From NCBI GenBank assembly GCA_943787795.1, contig CALSNU010000003.1:448001-512000 (forward strand): a DNA stretch of 64,000 nt, read 5' to 3'. Source of the stretch: an uncultured bacterium (GTDB lineage: Bacteria > Planctomycetota > UBA1135 > GCA-002686595). Below the pieces are notes generated by a model. It saw nothing but the letters and a program-made list of their open reading frames with translations. It had not been told where the DNA came from and searched no databases. Made by a program: the position numbers and the translations under genes. Of this stretch, positions 38,578-49,094 are shown in pieces. The stretch's first letter is position 1. Every line of letters begins with the position of its first letter.

Positions 38578-40989
38578 GTGCCCAAGACCATGATCTCCAT
38601 CCTCGCCCTCGCCGCGTCCGTCGTCCCACTCTTCGCCCCGCAGGACCCGACCCGGGGTGCTGATCCCACCCAGGGGGCGCCCGCCTCACAGGAGGATGCT
38701 CGCCAGAGGTCCGACGGCCCCGCGGCAGGCAGGCAGCAGCCCGGGTCGCAGGCGCAGGAGGGCGCGATCCCCGGCCCGTCTCCGCTCCAGCGGGGCGGCC
38801 CCGCCCCCGGCAGCCGAGAGGCCATGTGGCCTGCGCCCACCGCCGAGGACTGGGCCAAGCCGGTGCAGATCACCTGGCAGCGCACCTGGGAGGACGCCAT
38901 GGCGACCTCCAAGGAGACCGGCAAGCCGATCATGGTCGCGGTCAACATGGACGGCGAGATCGCGAGCGAGCACTACGCGGGCATCCGCTACCGCGACCCG
39001 GAGGTGGGCAAGCTCTTCGAGCCCTATGTCAACGTGATCGCGTCGGTGTACCGCCACAACCCGCGGGACTATGACGAGAACGGGAACCGCATCCCCTGCC
39101 CTCGCTTTGGCTGCGTGACCTGCGGTGAGCACATCGCCATGGAGCCCATCGTGTACGAACGGTATCTCGACGAGACGCGCGTGGCGCCGCGCCACATCGG
39201 CGTGGAGCTCGACGGCACCGAGTACTACGACGTGTTCTACGCCCTCGACGTGACCTCGGTCATCGAGTCCTGGCGAGAGGGCATCGAGGACCGCGAGGAC
39301 ACCTCGCTCCCGCCTAACAATGACAAGTCCGAGGAGCAGCTCCTCTCGAGCCGCTCGGTGCGCGATCGCATGCTCGTGGAGCAGCGCTTCCGGACCGCGA
39401 AGCGCCAGGAGCGGCTCAAGGTCCTGGACCTCACCTCGAAGCTCGGCCTCGGCGCGCCCCTCGAGGTGCTGCGCCTCGCGCTCTTCGGTCTCGACGTGGA
39501 GGTCGCCTCCCGCGCGCGGAGCGTGCTGGCGGAGCAGCGGTCCGAGGCGGCCATCGACCTGATCGCAGAGGCGCTCGCGGTGCCGATGCCGGACGCCGAG
39601 CGCCAGATGCTCATCGGCGCCCTCGAGGCCATGGGGGGGCAGTTCCCCCGGGCCCGCTCCCTGAGCGTGACCCTGCGCGGGCTCGACGAGTCCGCGGGGA
39701 GCGAGGAGTTTCAGGCCCTCGCCCGGACCCTGGCGACCCGGCGGCGGGATGAGGTCGCCGTGGAGCGCTACGAGCTGGAGACGCGCATGGAGCGCGCCGC
39801 GGCCCGGACCGTCGCGACCCCCGAGGAGCGCGGGCTCGCGGAGCTGGAGCGCGCCGAGGCGACCCTGCGGCTCGCCGTGGATCCGGGCGCGGGAGTCGGG
39901 GTGGCCGCCGGCAGGGGGGCGAGCCAGCGCCTCCAGCAGATGCGCTGCAAGGACGCCCTTGAGGCAGCCGCGGCGGCACGAGAGCTCGGCGTCGCGAGCT
40001 GGCGCGTCGACGCGGTCACGGGGCTGGCGGCGAATCAGCTCGGGGACGCCGAGCTGAGCGCTCCTGCGATCCTGAGGGCCCTCCAGACCATGCTCAGCTC
40101 TCCCGACGCCGCCGCCAGCGACACGGCTGCGGGCTGGATCGGGATGGGGACGCTGTCCCTCGCCGCGGACCTCCGCATGGGAGAGATCTTCGCCGCAGCG
40201 CGAGCGGACGAGGCCTGGCCCAAGGAGTGGATGAGCGAGGTCAACGCCGCCTTCGACTTACTGGCGCAGCACCCGCTCGGCACGGAGCAGCAGGTCGCCA
40301 AGCACCACGACTTCCTCGTCCGCATGGGCGCGCGCGGGCGAGCCTTCGAGGTGCTCACGCGTGGTGTGGCTACCCACGAGGGGAGCTGGGACCTTCACGC
40401 GCGCCTGCGGGACCGGCTGCTCATGAAGAGCGGCGTCAAGGGCATGGAGCAGACCTACGCCGCCATGACCGGCCGCCCCGGCGCGAGCGCATCCGTGGCC
40501 TGGTATGCGGGCTATGCGGGCATGGTGGCCGGCGAGTTCCGCCGCAGGCGCTCGCAGAACGAGGCCGCGCTCGCGTCCTATGACAAGGCGATCGCTCACT
40601 TCGCCCAGGCCATCGAGCGCGACCCGAGCGTCGAGTCCACCGCCGCTCATTACTGCGCCATGTCCCTTGCGGGCAAGGCCGCGGTGAAGCTTGAGCAGGA
40701 CAAGCTGGCCGAGGCCACCGACCTCCTGATCGCCTCATTCCAGCGCTGGCCCCGAGCGGCGAACGCCCTGGATGGAATGAACGCCTCGGCGGTGACCACC
40801 TCCAACTTCGTCTCGGCGAGGCTCGCCTGGGCCGGCATGGACGAGGACGCTGCCCGCCTCGCCGAGGCCCGGGAGGGCCTCCCCACGGAGCTCCTGGCCC
40901 CGCCGGCGTTCGAGACGCCGCCTGACACGCCTGCCGCGCGGAACCGTGATCGCCGCGGCCGGCAGCGACGCGGGCGGCAGGGCCGCTGA
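38578..40989 (+). CDS. Large exported hypothetical protein: thioredoxin-like N-terminal domain with CPRFGCVTCGEH motif, HEAT/TPR-like helical C-terminus
   Basis: ITWQRTWEDAMATSKETGKPIMVAVN resembles thioredoxin-like N-termini; helical repeats downstream. Confidence 0.7.
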   Translation: MPKTMISILALAASVVPLFAPQDPTRGADPTQGAPASQEDARQRSDGPAAGRQQPGSQAQEGAIPGPSPLQRGGPAPGSREAMWPAPTAEDWAKPVQITWQRTWEDAMATSKETGKPIMVAVNMDGEIASEHYAGIRYRDPEVGKLFEPYVNVIASVYRHNPRDYDENGNRIPCPRFGCVTCGEHIAMEPIVYERYLDETRVAPRHIGVELDGTEYYDVFYALDVTSVIESWREGIEDREDTSLPPNNDKSEEQLLSSRSVRDRMLVEQRFRTAKRQERLKVLDLTSKLGLGAPLEVLRLALFGLDVEVASRARSVLAEQRSEAAIDLIAEALAVPMPDAERQMLIGALEAMGGQFPRARSLSVTLRGLDESAGSEEFQALARTLATRRRDEVAVERYELETRMERAAARTVATPEERGLAELERAEATLRLAVDPGAGVGVAAGRGASQRLQQMRCKDALEAAAAARELGVASWRVDAVTGLAANQLGDAELSAPAILRALQTMLSSPDAAASDTAAGWIGMGTLSLAADLRMGEIFAAARADEAWPKEWMSEVNAAFDLLAQHPLGTEQQVAKHHDFLVRMGARGRAFEVLTRGVATHEGSWDLHARLRDRLLMKSGVKGMEQTYAAMTGRPGASASVAWYAGYAGMVAGEFRRRRSQNEAALASYDKAIAHFAQAIERDPSVESTAAHYCAMSLAGKAAVKLEQDKLAEATDLLIASFQRWPRAANALDGMNASAVTTSNFVSARLAWAGMDEDAARLAEAREGLPTELLAPPAFETPPDTPAARNRDRRGRQRRGRQGR

Positions 40990-41229
40990 CCTCGGCGCCC
41001 TCGCCGCTGCGTTGACGCGGCCGCGGGGGCTCGGGCGCGACCAGGGTTGAGACAGTCCGGCGGCCCCTCAGGGATGCGCTCGGCCGGAGGGTGAGCCGCA
41101 ATCGTCAAGGAAGTGTCTCACCTCTGGGGAGTCGCCCGGCGGCGGAGGACGGCTGGCACAGGCGGGCTATAGTCAGGACCTCGCCCCGGCGGTTCCCCGG
41201 GGCAGGCAGCTACCTGCCAGGCGCACCCC

Positions 41230-44200
41230 ATGATCCGACTCTCCTTGGCCGCGGCTCCCATCGCCGCGGCTCTCATCGCCGCGACGTCGGCGTTCTCCCC
41301 GCTCTTCGCGCAGGACGAGCCCCTCCGGGGCCCGCGCAAGATTGATCCCCGCTGGCACGCGCTCACCCACGCGCGCCTGATTCCCTCGCCAGGAGCGCTG
41401 GTGGAGGACGCCACCATCGTCGTGCGGGACGGGGTCATCGTCTCTGTCGAGGCCGGGGGCGACGCGCCGGCCGGCGCCAGGGTCTGGGACTGCTCCGGCA
41501 TGACGGTTCACGCGGGCTTCGTGGAGATGTACGCGGGCGTCGATGCGCCGCTCCCCGACGCCACAGGGCTCGGGGGATACTGGCAGTCCGAGAAGGTCGT
41601 GCCCCAGCGCTCTGCGCTGGACGGCGAGCGGCTCAGCGAGTCGGACCTCGAGTCCCTGCGGGGCGCCGGGTTCACGGCGGCGGCGATCGCGCCGTCGGAC
41701 GGGGTCCTCGGCGGATCCTCGGCCGTGGTGGCCCTCGGTGCGGGAGAAGGGGACGTCGCCGCGGCGACCCCCGAGGTGATCGAAGACGGCGTCTACCAGA
41801 CGCTCGCGTTTCGGCGGGCGAGCTGGGGCAGCGAGGGGAGCCTCGCCTACCCGAACTCGGAGATGGGGGCCATCGCGCTCATCCGCCAGGCCCTGATGGA
41901 CGCGGATCATCACGCGGCCTGTCTGGCGGTGGACGCCACCGAGGTGACGGGCCACGAGCCCCCGCAGCCCAACGAGGCGCTGGACGCGCTCCAGCGCGGC
42001 GGCGCACCGTTCCTCTTCAATGCCTCCAGCGAGCTGCAGCTCCTGCGCGCGGCGCGCCTGGCGGACGAATTCAACCGCCCGGTCATGGTGCTCGGCTCGG
42101 GCACCGAGTTCCGGCGAATCGACGCCGTGCTCGCCGCCGGTCTGCCCCTGGTGCTGCCGGTCAACTACCCGGAGGCGCCGGACGTCTCGACCTCCATGGC
42201 GGCCGACGCCCATAGCCTGCGCGACCTGGCGACCTGGGAGCAGGCCCCCAGCAACGCGCGGCGCCTGGTGGACGGTGGCGCGGTGGTGGCGTTCACCTCC
42301 GCGCGCCTCGACGACCGGGGCGACTTCATGGCGGGCGTCCGTGAGGCCATCGAGCGGGGCCTGGCGCCGGAAGAGGCGCTGCGCGCCTTGACCACCACGC
42401 CGGCGCGCTTGCTCGGGGTCGATGATCGCCTGGGCAAGGTGGAGCCCGGTCGCCTGGCTCACCTCGTGGTGCGCACCGAGGACCCCTTCGCCGAGGACTC
42501 CGAGATCCGGGACGTGTGGGTCGCAGGCCGCCGCTTCGAGATCGAGGCCGCCCCGGCGGACTCCCACGAGGGCGACTACGCCTTCCGCCTCGAGACTGCT
42601 GACGGTCCCGTTGAGGGCACCTTGCGCCTGAAGAGCTCCTCCAGCGCCGAGGTCCTCGTGGGGGAGGACAGCATCGAGCTGAATGACCTGAAGGTCGGGC
42701 CGCAGCACATGCACTTCCACCTGGAGGCCGAGGCCCTCGCTCCCGAGGGCGTCTTCTCTGGCACAGGGCTCTTCGAGGGTGAGGCCATCCATGGCTCCCT
42801 GGTGGGGCCCGACGGCGCGATGATGCGCTGGTCGGCCACGCGCACGGGCGACGTACCCGATGAGGATGAGGAGCAAGGCGACGCGGCCGCTTCCGCCTCT
42901 GAAGGCGAAGGCGACGCGGAGGGAGCGGAGAACGAGTCCGAGGATGCGAGCGAGTCGCCCGCCCCGTCCATGGGAGCTGAGTCCACCGAGGATCAGCCCC
43001 TGCCGCTGCCCTTCGGGGCCCACGGCCTCACGTCCTACCCTGAGTCCGAGACGGTGCTGATTCGCAACGCGACGGTGTGGACCGCCGCCGAGGCGGGCAT
43101 CGTTGAGGGGGCGGTGATCCTCGTCGAGGACGGCAAGATCCGTTACGTGGGCCCCGAGGCCCTGGCGCCCGTCCCCGACGGCGCGCGGGTCATCGACGCC
43201 GAGGGCGGCCACGTCACTCCTGGCCTGATCGACTGCCACAGCCACACCGGGATCAGCGGCGGGGTCAACGAGACGGGCCGCCGGGTCACCAGCGAGGTGC
43301 GCATCGGCGACGTCATCAACCCCGACGACATCAACTTCTACCGGCAGCTCGCCGGCGGCCTCACCGCCGCCAACCTGCTGCACGGCTCGGCCAACGCCAT
43401 CGGCGGCCAGAACGCGGTGATCAAGCTGCGCTGGGGCGCCGCCCACCCCGAGGATATGAAGGCCGAGGCTGCCATGCCCGGCATCAAGTTCGCCCTGGGC
43501 GAGAACCCCAAGCGCGTGGCCGCCGGAACGGACCGCTCCGACGAGTACCCCCAGACCCGCATGGGCGTCGCGGCGCTCATCGAGGATCGCCTGGTGGCGG
43601 GCCGCGAGTACCGTGAGAGCCTGGAGCGCTACGCGGCCCTCTCCGAGTGGGAGCGCGCGCGCACCATGCCCCCGCGCCGGGACCTGGAGCTCGAGGCCCT
43701 CGGTGAGATCGTCGCCGGGGAGCGCTGGATCCACTGCCACAGCTACCGCCAGGACGAGATCCTCATGCTAGCCCGTCTGGCCCAGGCCTTCGGGTTCAAG
43801 ATCGGCACCTTCCAGCACGTGCTGGAGGGCTACAAGGTCGCCGAGGAGATCGCCGAGGCCGCCGTGGGGGCCTCGACCTTCTCGGACTGGTGGGCGTACA
43901 AGTTCGAGGTGGTGGACGCCATCCCGCACAACGCGACCCTCATGAGCGACGTGGGCGTGAACGTGTCCATCAACTCCGACAGCAGCGAGCACGCCCGGCG
44001 CCTCAACACCGAGGCCGCCAAGGCGGTGAAGTACGGCCGCATGGAGCGCGCCGAGGCCATCAAGCTGGTGACCCTCAACCCGGCCATCCAGCTGGGGATC
44101 GGGGAGCAGACCGGCTCCATCGAGGTGGGCAAGGATGCGGACCTCGCCATCTGGTCCGGCGACCCCCTCAGCTACCAGTCGCGCTGCGTCTCGACTTTCG

Positions 44201-44502
44201 TGGACGGCCGCGAGCTCTTCTCGCTGGCGTCCGACGCCGCCGCGCGCGCTGACGCCGAGGCGGAGCGTCAGCGGATCATCCAGAAGCTCCTGAAGGGGGG
44301 CAGCAAGCCCAAGAAGTCCCGGGGCAGCTGGGGCGGCCGGGACGGAGGTGAGCGCCTCGCGGACCGCGACCTCGCTCGCTTCCGCGACGAGCTCGAGGAC
44401 CTGTGGCGCTCCGGCGCCGACCCCACTCTCTCGCGGCCAGGGGTGTGCGGCTGCTTCGATGTCCTCTACGAGATGGCCGCCACGCGCGCCGGGAGCCGCT
44501 GA
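41230..44502 (+). CDS. Secreted amidohydrolase with two amidohydrolase domains
   Basis: First domain HAGFVEMY (degenerate); second PGLIDCHSH, HCHSYR, FQHVLEG, INSDS, GKDADL. Confidence 0.9.
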   Translation: MIRLSLAAAPIAAALIAATSAFSPLFAQDEPLRGPRKIDPRWHALTHARLIPSPGALVEDATIVVRDGVIVSVEAGGDAPAGARVWDCSGMTVHAGFVEMYAGVDAPLPDATGLGGYWQSEKVVPQRSALDGERLSESDLESLRGAGFTAAAIAPSDGVLGGSSAVVALGAGEGDVAAATPEVIEDGVYQTLAFRRASWGSEGSLAYPNSEMGAIALIRQALMDADHHAACLAVDATEVTGHEPPQPNEALDALQRGGAPFLFNASSELQLLRAARLADEFNRPVMVLGSGTEFRRIDAVLAAGLPLVLPVNYPEAPDVSTSMAADAHSLRDLATWEQAPSNARRLVDGGAVVAFTSARLDDRGDFMAGVREAIERGLAPEEALRALTTTPARLLGVDDRLGKVEPGRLAHLVVRTEDPFAEDSEIRDVWVAGRRFEIEAAPADSHEGDYAFRLETADGPVEGTLRLKSSSSAEVLVGEDSIELNDLKVGPQHMHFHLEAEALAPEGVFSGTGLFEGEAIHGSLVGPDGAMMRWSATRTGDVPDEDEEQGDAAASASEGEGDAEGAENESEDASESPAPSMGAESTEDQPLPLPFGAHGLTSYPESETVLIRNATVWTAAEAGIVEGAVILVEDGKIRYVGPEALAPVPDGARVIDAEGGHVTPGLIDCHSHTGISGGVNETGRRVTSEVRIGDVINPDDINFYRQLAGGLTAANLLHGSANAIGGQNAVIKLRWGAAHPEDMKAEAAMPGIKFALGENPKRVAAGTDRSDEYPQTRMGVAALIEDRLVAGREYRESLERYAALSEWERARTMPPRRDLELEALGEIVAGERWIHCHSYRQDEILMLARLAQAFGFKIGTFQHVLEGYKVAEEIAEAAVGASTFSDWWAYKFEVVDAIPHNATLMSDVGVNVSINSDSSEHARRLNTEAAKAVKYGRMERAEAIKLVTLNPAIQLGIGEQTGSIEVGKDADLAIWSGDPLSYQSRCVSTFVDGRELFSLASDAAARADAEAERQRIIQKLLKGGSKPKKSRGSWGGRDGGERLADRDLARFRDELEDLWRSGADPTLSRPGVCGCFDVLYEMAATRAGSR

Positions 44503-44503
44503 T

Positions 44504-45826
44504 ATGAGCACCTCCATTCAACTTCAGCTCGCGGCGCTCGTCGCCCTCGCAGCCCCCGCCCTCTCCCAGGACCTGACCCCCAGCGCGGCCGCCCAGGAGG
44601 GCCCGGTGCTCCTGCGCGGCGCCACCATCCACACGGTGTCCGGCGACGTGATCGAGGGCGGCGACCTGCTCTTCGAGGACGGCGTCATCCAGGCCGTCTC
44701 CGCCGAGCGCCTCGACGCGGGTGAGGCCCGAGTCTTCGAGCTGGAGGGGCGCCACGTGTTCCCCGGCTTCGTCCTGGCGACGAGCACCCTGGGGCTCGTG
44801 GAGGTGGACTCGGTGGACATGACCATCGACACCTCCGAGGGCGGCTCCCTCAACCCTGAGGTCTATGCTGCGGTGGCCGTGAACCCTGACTCCTGGCACC
44901 TGCCCGTCACCCGCCGCAACGGCGTGCTGGTGGCCGGCGTGTTCCCCCAGGGGGGCTTGGTCCCCGGCCGCGTCTCCACCATCCAGCTGGACGGCTGGAG
45001 CTGGGAGGACCTGGCCCTGGACCGCCACGCCGGGCTCGCCATCAACTGGCCCTCCGAGCGCTCCTCGCGCTTCCGTCGCTGGAGCGGCGGGGGCGGTGAC
45101 TCCGGTGACCGCGCCAAGCGTCAGATCGCCGAGCTGGACGCCCTGTTCGACGCCGCGGCTGCCTACGTGGCCGCCAAGGACGCCGACCCCACCGTCCCCA
45201 CGGATCTGCGCTTCGAGGCCATGCGCCCGATCCTCTCGGGCGAGGACCCCGTGTTCCTCTCCATCACCACCCGCAAGCAGGCCGAGGCGGCCCTGCCCTG
45301 GTGCGCAGCGCGCGGCCTGCGCGTCGCCATCGCCGGGGGCCGCGACGCCCTCCAGTACGCGGACCTCCTGGTGCGCCACGACGTGCCCGTGGCGATCACC
45401 AGCACCCACCGCCTCCCGCACCGCCGGGACCTCTCCTACGCCACCACCTACGAGCTGCCCGCGAAGCTCGAGGCCGCCGGCGTCCGCTGGTGCCTGACCA
45501 TGGGGGCTCGGGACAGCTCCAACGCGCGCAACCTCTGCTACGAGGCCGCCGCCGCGGTGCCCCACGGGCTGACCCCCGCCCAGGCACTGCGCTCGGTGAC
45601 CCTCTCCTCCGCGGAGTTCCTGGGCATCGACGACCACGTGGGCTCCCTGGACAAGGGCAAGCACGCCACGCTCTTCGTGGCGGACGGCGACCCCTTCGAG
45701 CTGGGCACGAAGATCGAGCACGCCTTCGTCCAGGGCCGCAAGATTTCCCTCACTGACAAGCAGACGGCCCTCGACGCCAAGTACCGCGAGAAGTACCGCC
45801 AGCGCGGGACGCTCAAGCGGGACTGA
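44504..45826 (+). CDS. Secreted amidohydrolase-family protein (degenerate metal site)
   Basis: LEGRHVFPGFVLATSTLGLVE, GSLDKGKHATLFVADGDP. Confidence 0.88.
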   Translation: MSTSIQLQLAALVALAAPALSQDLTPSAAAQEGPVLLRGATIHTVSGDVIEGGDLLFEDGVIQAVSAERLDAGEARVFELEGRHVFPGFVLATSTLGLVEVDSVDMTIDTSEGGSLNPEVYAAVAVNPDSWHLPVTRRNGVLVAGVFPQGGLVPGRVSTIQLDGWSWEDLALDRHAGLAINWPSERSSRFRRWSGGGGDSGDRAKRQIAELDALFDAAAAYVAAKDADPTVPTDLRFEAMRPILSGEDPVFLSITTRKQAEAALPWCAARGLRVAIAGGRDALQYADLLVRHDVPVAITSTHRLPHRRDLSYATTYELPAKLEAAGVRWCLTMGARDSSNARNLCYEAAAAVPHGLTPAQALRSVTLSSAEFLGIDDHVGSLDKGKHATLFVADGDPFELGTKIEHAFVQGRKISLTDKQTALDAKYREKYRQRGTLKRD

Positions 45827-46036
45827 GAGGGCGCCGGCACCAGGGTCAGGATCGCCTCGCTCCTCGGAGGAGGAGGCGCCTCCACAGTCATCTGCTCAGG
45901 CACGACCGCTTCTTGGTTCGCGAGGGCCGGACCCGGTCTCGCCGGAGCGGTTGTGTCGACCTGGCGGGGGTCACCGCGGCCTTGGATGGGGATCTCACCC
46001 TGGGGCCGCGGGTCGGTCCCGGCGGCCCACTGCGGC

Positions 46037-46372
46037 TCAGCGCTTCCCGGCGCCATAGCCCCGCAGGAGTCGCCGGCCGGCGTGGAGGACCAGGCCGAGC
46101 ACCACAGCGCCCCCGGCCACGGCCCACACCATCGGCTCGGCGGCGGCGTCGGCGACGACCTCGAGCACGACCATGCCCCAGCCCCAGGCGAAGTAGAGGG
46201 AGCCGGAGAACGTGCGGGTGCGCCAGAGCTGCACGGAGGCGTAGAAGCCCACCAGCGCCACGGCGAAGGTCATGACGTACAGGCCTGGCCCGTACGCCCC
46301 CTGGCCCAAGAGGATCGCCGCGAGGGTGATCCCGGCGACCAGGAAGAGGCTGCATTGCCGAGGCGTGAACAT
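46037..46372 (-). CDS. Small hypothetical membrane protein
   Basis: 111 aa with about 4 hydrophobic segments. Confidence 0.55.
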   Translation of the reverse strand: MFTPRQCSLFLVAGITLAAILLGQGAYGPGLYVMTFAVALVGFYASVQLWRTRTFSGSLYFAWGWGMVVLEVVADAAAEPMVWAVAGGAVVLGLVLHAGRRLLRGYGAGKR

Positions 46373-46559
46373 GGGAATCCCTACGAGCCGCGCACCGGGG
46401 TATTCAGGGGAGGGCACGGGTAGCCGGGGCGGCAGCTGGGGTGCCCTTGGGGCACATCCCCGGTCCTCCATGACCCCTGGGAGCGAGGAGCCGCGCGGAG
46501 TGCGTGCCCGCCGGGTCAGGAGTGGCCGGGTCGCCCGCGGGCGACCCGGCGGCGTCATC

Positions 46560-48872
46560 TCAAAGCGCGATGGTCAGGTCATCGCCCTCGCCCTTCTCGT
46601 CGATGCCATTCGGACCGATGGACCAGAGGGTGCCCTCCTGGCCGGTGACGGAGTACCTGTAGGCTCGACCCCAGGCGTCGAGGGGAATCGCAGTGCCCTT
46701 GAGGTAGCGGGAGCCGAACTCATCCGGCTCCACGAGGGGTTCGAGGGTGGCGGGCAGTCGACCTGCGTTGTTGAGCTGGAACGACTCTAGCGCCGAGCTC
46801 AGGGCCTCTAGATCGGCCTGAGTCTGGCTCTGCGCGGAGGCCTGGTCCTCCTCGGTGTCGTCAAGGAACATCGGCTGTTCGCCGACCTCCGCGTTTACTG
46901 TTTGCTCGTCGTCCCATCCGTCTCCCGCCGCGTCGAAGCCCGTAGCGGCTCCAAAGACGCTCGCGCCGCCGATGACAGCGATGCCCATGAGCATGGAGAC
47001 CTCGGGGCCGATGGAGGACTCGGTGACGTCCATCCGGCCGCCCTCGAGGGCCAACGAGTAGCGCTCGCTCGGGCTGAAGTGACGGGTCAGCACGGTCATG
47101 TCAGGAAGCGCCTCCAGCTGGAACGGCAGCTCGCCGCCCCCTGCGAGGCCACCGAGCATCGGGGCGAGGGCCTTCAGCTGGGTGTAGAGGTTGCCCATGA
47201 AGAGCGGCCAATCGGCGAAGTTCACCATCGACGCGCCGTCGGCGACTCCGGTCTGGACGAGGCCCGCATGGAGCGTCGCCTCCTCGCCGGCCTTGATGAG
47301 CTTGGCGACCCGGCGCACCTCACGCTTGGCGTGGGTGGGGAGCGTGGAGAACAGGACGCGATCGTCCATCACCGTGATGGTGGGGCGGACGAAGGTCGAG
47401 GGGTCAATTGGAAGCCCGGCCATGAGACCGCCGCCCTGCATACCGCCGCCGCCGCCGTCGGCGTCTGCCAGGGACCAGCTGTAGAGCGTGGCGCCCCGGT
47501 AGTCTGTCCGCTGCCCCTCGATCTCGCCGAGCTCCTTGATCATGCCTACCAGGCCGTCCATGCCGCGGGTGAAGGCCTCGCGGTCCTCCAGTTCGGCGAC
47601 CGCCATCAGGTTCGGCGCCGAGAGCAGCGAGCGGAGCTTCGGCAGGCTGTAGGAGATCGAGTCGCCGAGCGGCGCGATCACGTCGCGGTCCACGCGGAAG
47701 CCGAACTGCTGCTCCAGCTGGGACATCATGGCCTCCACGGACTCAGGGTCGGGGGCGGCTTCTGTCACCATGCCGAGGAGCATGGCGGGGTCGAAGCTGG
47801 CGACGGCGGTGACGAGGGCGTCGGGGTGGGCGAGGTCCAGACTCGAGGCCTCGATGGGGGAGCCGCCGATCATGTCGAGGCCGGGGCTGGGAGACTCGCC
47901 GGGGACCCACCCGCGGGTCGAGAACCGGCCGCCCTCGAGGATGCTCACGTCCCAGTGGCCGCCTCGAATCATGGCGGAGGCCGGGGCGCCCATCATGAGC
48001 TCGAGCATCGAGCCCATGGGGCCGAGGAGCAGCGTCTCCATCAGCCCCCCGCCGCCGTCCATGGACTCCATCAAGGCGTTGATCCCCGCGTACGGGGAGA
48101 CGTAGGCCTCGATCATCCTCACGCCAGCGCTCTCTCCGAGCTTGGCCCGACCGGCGGTGATCTGGTCGCTGACCACCCCGAGCGCCACGCCGCTCATGCG
48201 CTGGAGCTCGGCGTCGATGTCCTCGAGGCCGGCGACCAGCACGGCGCGCGTGCCCCCTTGCACGATGTACTGGGGGAGCGAGCCGTCCATGCCCACCATG
48301 CCGTTGATCGTGGCGCTGGCGGCCCCGAAGGAGCCCCCGTCGCCTTGTAGCGTGAGGGTGCGCGTGGAGAGCTTGGGCTTCATGCTCTCCGGGAGGCCCG
48401 CGGAGTTCGCCGCTGTGTAGTCCATGAGGACCTTGACCCAGGCGGCGCACGAGGCCTCATCCACGAAGTCCACCACCCAGCGGATGGCCAGCTGGGGCTC
48501 CTCCGTGGGGAAGCCGAGGGTGAAGATCGCGGACATGAGGTCCGCGTCACCCAGGAAGTCCAGGGAGATGGAGATGGACCGAACTCCCTGGTGCAGGTCG
48601 AGGATCGGCGGGAGGTCGTTCCCCATGCCGCGCAGCTGCTGGACCAGGAGCTCCACCGGGTCCACGGGGCCGCTCCCCATGACCTCGCCGATGGCCTTCT
48701 GGAGGTCAGCGTCCGCCATCATCTTCGCCATGGCGGTCGTGCCGTAGCGCCCCATGGTTCCCTGGAGATCCGGCACGCTGAGGACGAACTCCGCGGAGTC
48801 GGGGTGGAGCCCGGGGGCCTCCTGCGGCGTCAGGGGCGAGAGGGTCGTGGCGAGTGCGAGGGTGAAGAGCAT
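46560..48872 (-). CDS. Large exported DUF3352-like protein fused to a C-terminal GspG (T2SS pseudopilin G)-like domain
   Basis: C-terminus TQADLEALSSALESFQLNNAGRLPATLEPLV...IPLDAWGRAYRY...LWSIGPNGIDEKGEGDDL is GspG-like. The DUF3352 call is by general resemblance only. Confidence 0.72.
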   Translation of the reverse strand: MLFTLALATTLSPLTPQEAPGLHPDSAEFVLSVPDLQGTMGRYGTTAMAKMMADADLQKAIGEVMGSGPVDPVELLVQQLRGMGNDLPPILDLHQGVRSISISLDFLGDADLMSAIFTLGFPTEEPQLAIRWVVDFVDEASCAAWVKVLMDYTAANSAGLPESMKPKLSTRTLTLQGDGGSFGAASATINGMVGMDGSLPQYIVQGGTRAVLVAGLEDIDAELQRMSGVALGVVSDQITAGRAKLGESAGVRMIEAYVSPYAGINALMESMDGGGGLMETLLLGPMGSMLELMMGAPASAMIRGGHWDVSILEGGRFSTRGWVPGESPSPGLDMIGGSPIEASSLDLAHPDALVTAVASFDPAMLLGMVTEAAPDPESVEAMMSQLEQQFGFRVDRDVIAPLGDSISYSLPKLRSLLSAPNLMAVAELEDREAFTRGMDGLVGMIKELGEIEGQRTDYRGATLYSWSLADADGGGGGMQGGGLMAGLPIDPSTFVRPTITVMDDRVLFSTLPTHAKREVRRVAKLIKAGEEATLHAGLVQTGVADGASMVNFADWPLFMGNLYTQLKALAPMLGGLAGGGELPFQLEALPDMTVLTRHFSPSERYSLALEGGRMDVTESSIGPEVSMLMGIAVIGGASVFGAATGFDAAGDGWDDEQTVNAEVGEQPMFLDDTEEDQASAQSQTQADLEALSSALESFQLNNAGRLPATLEPLVEPDEFGSRYLKGTAIPLDAWGRAYRYSVTGQEGTLWSIGPNGIDEKGEGDDLTIAL

Positions 48873-49094
48873 GGGATCTACGGGGCGAGAAAGGAGGGGG
48901 CTGCGGCGCCGGGTAGCACCTAGGAAATCTAGTGGTCTGGGCCGGCTCCGACGAGGGAGGCCTTGTTCCTTTCGCGGACGGGCGGGGATATTTGCCTTGG
49001 CCGCCAGGAAGTTCAGCTTCGGGAGCCGCCTCCAGAGGCCGACGGTGAGATCCAAGGTGGATCTCAGGCGAAGCTCGGCCGCAACAGGTTGGCA

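Noticed and set aside
38578..40989. c-type heme-binding motif in CVTCGEH
   Set aside because: The motif is CxxCxxH, not CxxCH.
41173..43740. Long antisense ORFs (855 aa here, 862 aa at 52262..54850, and many others)
   Set aside because: Shadow frames of well-supported high-GC genes with no recognisable motifs.
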